Shown here in pieces: positions 59,828-64,000 of a DNA stretch of 64,000 bases. Each line of letters begins with the position of its first letter. Position 1 is the first letter of the stretch. The notes below the pieces were generated by a model that worked only from the letters and a program-made list of their open reading frames with translations, had not been told where the DNA came from and searched no databases. Both the position numbers and the translations under genes were made by a program. Origin of the DNA: a bacterium (GTDB taxonomy: Bacteria > Bacteroidota > Bacteroidia > Bacteroidales > UBA3663); contig CAVFPF010000025.1 in assembly GCA_963624265.1 (NCBI GenBank), positions 2,075-66,074 of the forward strand, given 5' to 3'.

Positions 59828-59884
59828 TTGATGATGTTTTGCTGCTGATGTTTTGTTGATGATGTTTTGTTGATGATATTTTAT
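59828..59884. repeat. 14-bp tandem repeat x4 in the GH31-GH3 spacer
   Basis: gttgatgatgttttg / ctgctgatgttttg / ttgatgatgttttg / ttgatgatattttat. The - strand reads CAAAACATCATCAA units that end 10 nt before the GH3 ATG. Confidence 0.8.
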
Positions 59885-62820
59885 TACAGCTGTACGGTTT
59901 GGGCCGTGCCGTCGTACTTCACTTCGATGCCGGCAGCATCCGGATCATAGCCCTGGGCCTTGTCAGCGCTGACGGGTACGATGACGAAAGTGCGTTCCTT
60001 CAGCATGCCCGGGAACTCACCTTCGCGCTGGCCGATGCTGAGGGTCTTGGCAGCCTCGTTGTAGGTGAAGCGGATGTTGGCAAAAGCGCCCTTCTCGTAG
60101 TTGTAGTTCACGCCTTCGTCTTCGTAGAGGGTAAACTCTCCGTCACGTCCTTCGTAGACATACAGACGAATGGTGTCGGCCGACCGCTGACGGGTGTATT
60201 CGATGGCCGGGCCCATCGGTACAATCGAACCGCTGCGCACGAAGACCGGGATGCGGTCGTAGGGTGCAGGGCAAGTCTTGGTTTCGCCTCCGCGTGAAGC
60301 GACCTCGCCGCTGAAGAAGTCGTACCACACGTAGCCCTCGGGGAAGTAGACGTCACGCTGGCGCGCCTTGTACTGGTACACGGGATTGACCATAAAGGCC
60401 GGACCGAACATGAACTGATAGCCCAGATTGTAGATGCCTGCGTCGCCATTGAAGTCCATGACAAGCGGACGCATGAGGGTGTAGTCGTCGAAGTGAACCT
60501 TGGCAGCCAGCGAGTAGAGGTAAGGCATGAGGCGGTAGCGCATGTCGATTTGTGCGACGATGGTCTTGTAAGCCGGATGGCCTTCGGGGGCGATGTTCCA
60601 GGGCTCGCGGTAAGGATACTGGCCGTGCACACGGTAGATAGGCGTCCAGACGCCCCACTCATGCCAGCGCGCATTCAGTTCGCGCCAGTCCTTCAGGTCA
60701 TCGTTCTCCTGCCCCGTTTTGTTGAACACTTTCTGGGCGGCCTCGTAGCGCTTTTCGACCGAGAAGCCTCCGATGTCCTGGCTCCAGTAGGGAATGCCCG
60801 AGATGGAGAAGTTCAGGCCGGCCGTGATTTGCGTCTTCATGTCCTCCCAGCGGGTGCCGATGTCGCCCGACCAGGTGGCGGTGCTGTAGCGCTGTTCGCC
60901 GGCAAAGCCGTTGCGGGTGAGAAGGAAGACGCGGTTGTCGTTCTTCTCACGCTGGCCGTTGTAGATGGCTTCGGCGTTGACAATGGAGTAGGCATTGAAA
61001 TATTCGTCAGAAGAGCCCAGGAAGGTGGGGCCGCAGAGCTTTTTGCGGTAAGGCAGGTCGGTGCAGTCGCGCACGTTGGGCTCGGAGGCATCCATCCACC
61101 AGGCGTCCATGCCGATTGTGCCGAGGTGCTCCCAGAGCTGGTTCCAGAAGAGCTTGCGGGCGGCGGGGTTATAAGCGTCGTAGAAGGCGTACTTGTAGCC
61201 GAGCCAGTCGTAGAGCGAGTCTTTGACGCTCTGCTGGTAGATGGCCCCCATCTCGTTCATTTCGTTGAAGTGGTCGGTGGTCAGATAGTACTTCGGCCAG
61301 CACGAGATCATGATTTTGGCATTCTGCTGGTGGATGGTGTCGATCATGCCCTTCGGGTCGGAGAACCGTTCGGGGTCGAACTCGAAGGCGCCCCAGCTGT
61401 CCCACTTCCAGTAGTTCCAGTCCATGACGATGTTGTCGATGGGCAGATGGCGGTCGCGGAATCCCTGCAGGGCATCGAGTATCTCGCGCTGCGTCTTGTA
61501 GCGTTCGCGGCTCTGCCAGTATCCGAGCAGCCAGTCGGGCATGATTTGGGCCTTGCCCGTGAGCTGGCGGTAACCCGCAACGACGTCGTCGGCGTTGTTG
61601 CCGAAGATGGCGTAGTAGTCCATCTGCTGGGTCATCTCGCTCCAGAAGGAGAGCTGGTTTTGCGCGCGGCTGTCGACGGGAGCCAAAGCGCGCAGACCGC
61701 AATAAGCTTCACCGCCGTCGGGTTGCCACTCCAGGCGGAACTTGTAGCGGCGGCCGGCTTCGAGGTTGAGGGCGAACTTGCGGGCGTTGGGGTTCCAGGC
61801 CGTACGCCAGATGGTCTGGTCGTTCTTGCCCGTGGCGAGAAGGTCTTCGGTGTAGACGTTTTGGCCGTCGATATAAATCTTCTGATAGCCGGAGTAGTAG
61901 TGGCTGAAGCGGTATTCGCCCGAGACCTTGGGCACGATTTCGCCTTCGTAGAGCACGGTGGCTTGGTCGAGCTTGAACTTAGGCAGGTTCTTGGCCGACT
62001 TCAGGTTCTCGAAGTAGATGCTGTCTTCGCGGCGCACGAGCGTCTCCTGTTTTGGGGCAGAGTAGGTGCCCGTCAGAGCGCCCGGGTTGCCGTCTTTGTC
62101 GTAGAGGTCGAAGAGCACCGGCAGCTGGCTGTAGTCGTTGGGGTTGCCGAAGCGCATCAGCGAGTAGCTGTCGAACAGAATGCCGTAGTTTTTGTTCGAA
62201 ACGATGAAAGGCACAGAGACCTTGGTGTTGTACTGGAAGAGCTCTTCGTTCTTGCCTTTGTAGTTCCACTCGTCGGCCTGATGCTGGCCAAGGCCGTAGA
62301 AGGCTTCGTCGGCGGGGCTGTCGAAGATCAACTGGGTCGTCCAGCCCGTGTATTTGGTCGGATGCGCCTCTTCGGCCGGACCGTCGTCGTTGCGTTTCCA
62401 CACGGTCTGCTCGCAGCTGTAGGGCTTGAACGTCTTGCTGCCCTCAGCCTGTTCGGCCAGAAGCAGGTTGCCTTCGAGGTCGGTGAACCACACGCGGCCG
62501 GTGCTCTTCAGCACGTTGGCGGCGAGGCGCGAGGTGCGTAGCTGCACGGTGTCGTGCAGTTCGAGAAGCTGGAAGTCCGTCTTGCGGTTGTCGGGCACGA
62601 TGATGAGCGACGGGTTGTCGGCAAACCTGTCTTCAGCGGTGGCCGAGACGCGGATGATGTTCGGTGACTTTACTTCGAGACGCACCTTTTTGGGGCTCGT
62701 GGCCGAAGGTTCGCCAATTCGTACTGTGACCTGTTGTCCGCTTCGGCTGACGTCCTGGTCGCAGGAAGCCAAAAGCAGCAATGCAGGCAAGGCAAAGCCT
62801 GTCAGAAGGAGTGGTTTCAT
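59884..62820 (-). CDS. Glycoside hydrolase family 31 lipoprotein with an inserted PA14 domain (alpha-xylosidase-like)
   Basis: Start at MKPLLLTGFALPALLLLASC. PA14-like segment YEGEIVPKVSGEYRFSHYYSGYQKIYIDGQNV. GH31 blocks DAWWMDASEPN and WSGDIGTRWEDM. The 58-codon upstream extension was rejected. Confidence 0.85.
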   Translation of the reverse strand: MKPLLLTGFALPALLLLASCDQDVSRSGQQVTVRIGEPSATSPKKVRLEVKSPNIIRVSATAEDRFADNPSLIIVPDNRKTDFQLLELHDTVQLRTSRLAANVLKSTGRVWFTDLEGNLLLAEQAEGSKTFKPYSCEQTVWKRNDDGPAEEAHPTKYTGWTTQLIFDSPADEAFYGLGQHQADEWNYKGKNEELFQYNTKVSVPFIVSNKNYGILFDSYSLMRFGNPNDYSQLPVLFDLYDKDGNPGALTGTYSAPKQETLVRREDSIYFENLKSAKNLPKFKLDQATVLYEGEIVPKVSGEYRFSHYYSGYQKIYIDGQNVYTEDLLATGKNDQTIWRTAWNPNARKFALNLEAGRRYKFRLEWQPDGGEAYCGLRALAPVDSRAQNQLSFWSEMTQQMDYYAIFGNNADDVVAGYRQLTGKAQIMPDWLLGYWQSRERYKTQREILDALQGFRDRHLPIDNIVMDWNYWKWDSWGAFEFDPERFSDPKGMIDTIHQQNAKIMISCWPKYYLTTDHFNEMNEMGAIYQQSVKDSLYDWLGYKYAFYDAYNPAARKLFWNQLWEHLGTIGMDAWWMDASEPNVRDCTDLPYRKKLCGPTFLGSSDEYFNAYSIVNAEAIYNGQREKNDNRVFLLTRNGFAGEQRYSTATWSGDIGTRWEDMKTQITAGLNFSISGIPYWSQDIGGFSVEKRYEAAQKVFNKTGQENDDLKDWRELNARWHEWGVWTPIYRVHGQYPYREPWNIAPEGHPAYKTIVAQIDMRYRLMPYLYSLAAKVHFDDYTLMRPLVMDFNGDAGIYNLGYQFMFGPAFMVNPVYQYKARQRDVYFPEGYVWYDFFSGEVASRGGETKTCPAPYDRIPVFVRSGSIVPMGPAIEYTRQRSADTIRLYVYEGRDGEFTLYEDEGVNYNYEKGAFANIRFTYNEAAKTLSIGQREGEFPGMLKERTFVIVPVSADKAQGYDPDAAGIEVKYDGTAQTVQL

Positions 62821-62888
62821 AGTTTTTTGTGTGTTTATGTAGTCATTCAAATAATGCTCTATCGGAGGGAAAAACCGGGCACAATAGG

Positions 62889-64000
62889 TCAATAGGGCCA
62901 CTTGCCCGAGCTTGCTCCTTCGTTGACGCCGTCCATGGCGTAGGCGTTGAAGATGCTGCCGCCGTTGTTGCGGTTGATGATGGTCATCGTGCAAGGGCCC
63001 GTATAGTTGGTGTCCCAGGTGAAGGGCACGCAGCCGTGGTTGATGGCTTCGGCCACGACGGTCTTGTGGAACAGCTTCACCGAGGCGTTGTGTCGGTTCT
63101 GGTCGGTCGGCCGTGATTTGCCCGTTGCGCCGTTCTTGGCCCAGTTGTAGGTGCTAACGTTGTTGAACCAGTTGATGCCGTACTCGCCAATCATGACCGG
63201 CACGCCCTTTGCGCAGAACTTGCTTTGCATCTTCTTGAATTGTGAAGCTACGTAAGCCTCCTCGTACTTCGACTCGCAGTTGCGGTCGGAGAAGGTGACG
63301 CTGTGATTGGCGGCGCCCCAGTAGATTCTGACAGGACTCCAGTCGGCGTCGGCGTCCATTCCGCAGGTGTACCAAGGCGAATAGTAGTGGACTTCGACCG
63401 CCAAAGCGTCAGGCGTCGGGTCGGTGGGCAGAGTGTAGTACTTGTCGGTGACGTCGATGTCGGTGTTCGGACCCTGCACCACCAGGATGCGGCTGGCGTT
63501 GTTGCCGCCCGTGGCACGTACGGCATCGATGAAGTCCTGCTCATAGCGGGTCAGGTTGTCGGATTTGACCTGGTTGTCGGCGGCCGGCTCGTTGAGACCC
63601 GCAAACAGCAGGCGCTGGTCGTAGCCGGCAAAGTGTGTGGCAATCTGCGTCCAGAGATTCTTGAGAATGGCGGCCTTGCCGGTGTCGTAAGTGCCCATCG
63701 AGTTCTGCAGCCAGTCGATGTCGTAATGGTCGTTGAGCAGCACATAGAGGCCGGCGCTGAGGCAATAGTCGACAATCTCCTGCACGCGGTTCATCCAGGC
63801 TGCGTCGATCTTGTGGTCGGCATCGGCGTGGCTGTACCAGTTGCAGGGGATGCGGACGGACTTATAGCCGCATTCGGCCACGAAGTCTATCACGGCCTGC
63901 GTCGTGACGGTGCTCTGCCAAGAGGTTTCGCCCTGGCTGGTCACATGGCCATTGCTGTCGATGTTGGCGGCTTCCATGGTGTTGCCGAGGTTCCAGCCCG
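62889..64000 (-). CDS. Glycoside hydrolase family 5 endoglucanase-like enzyme; the N-terminus lies beyond the window
   Basis: The frame is open to the window edge. The - strand reads GWNLGNTMEA across 63969-63998. The acid/base is in GLNEP and the nucleophile in IGEYG. Confidence 0.85.
   Translation of the reverse strand, partial: GWNLGNTMEAANIDSNGHVTSQGETSWQSTVTTQAVIDFVAECGYKSVRIPCNWYSHADADHKIDAAWMNRVQEIVDYCLSAGLYVLLNDHYDIDWLQNSMGTYDTGKAAILKNLWTQIATHFAGYDQRLLFAGLNEPAADNQVKSDNLTRYEQDFIDAVRATGGNNASRILVVQGPNTDIDVTDKYYTLPTDPTPDALAVEVHYYSPWYTCGMDADADWSPVRIYWGAANHSVTFSDRNCESKYEEAYVASQFKKMQSKFCAKGVPVMIGEYGINWFNNVSTYNWAKNGATGKSRPTDQNRHNASVKLFHKTVVAEAINHGCVPFTWDTNYTGPCTMTIINRNNGGSIFNAYAMDGVNEGASSGKWPY

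Overview
This is a 64-kb chromosomal segment from a GC-rich Bacteroidota (Bacteroidales-type) genome. All calls were made by eye from the ORF translations and the raw sequence; no database search was run.

The phylum call rests on four things:
- Lineage-typical genes: a half-size glycogen-synthase-like gene next to a DUF4270-like lipoprotein, and a yidD-rnpA-hemD-like-DUF4271-like block.
- TAnnTTTG -7 promoter boxes.
- No Shine-Dalgarno sequences.
- Many lipoproteins and glycoside hydrolases.

Gene content is mostly housekeeping:
- tyrS, and fcl-gmd (GDP-fucose synthesis).
- A porin-glnK-amtB ammonium operon, with gdhA elsewhere in the window.
- A leuA-leuC-leuD-(cimA-like)-leuB operon.
- A uvrA homolog, fmt, an RluA-family pseudouridine synthase, pta-ackA, polA and gpmI.
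- An FMN-riboswitch-led ribD-ribE-ribBA-ribH operon that ends in a stand-alone riboflavin kinase.
- An ABC-F ATPase, yidD-rnpA and rplS.

Carbohydrate genes are two GH2 enzymes, two SGNH-type esterases, and a GH5-GH31(PA14)-GH3 run that continues past the right edge.

I saw no rRNA, tRNA, CRISPR array, transposase, integrase, phage or recognisable defence genes, and I cannot point to a clear new multi-gene system.

The items most worth a second look are:
1. A tightly coupled four-gene lipoprotein operon at the left edge. Its core is a periplasmic-binding-protein domain fused to a legumain-like (C13) peptidase.
2. Four 17-bp palindromes phased exactly 21 bp apart, between the convergent ackA and gdhA genes.
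3. A low-GC orphan fimbrillin-GLUG adhesin gene embedded in GC-rich DNA.
4. A hemerythrin-like/LuxR one-component regulator upstream of pta-ackA.
5. A recurring pattern of short tandem repeats in intergenic regions, including five reiterated -7-like boxes upstream of a GH2 gene.

The many long ORFs antisense to real genes are GC-composition artefacts and were rejected.
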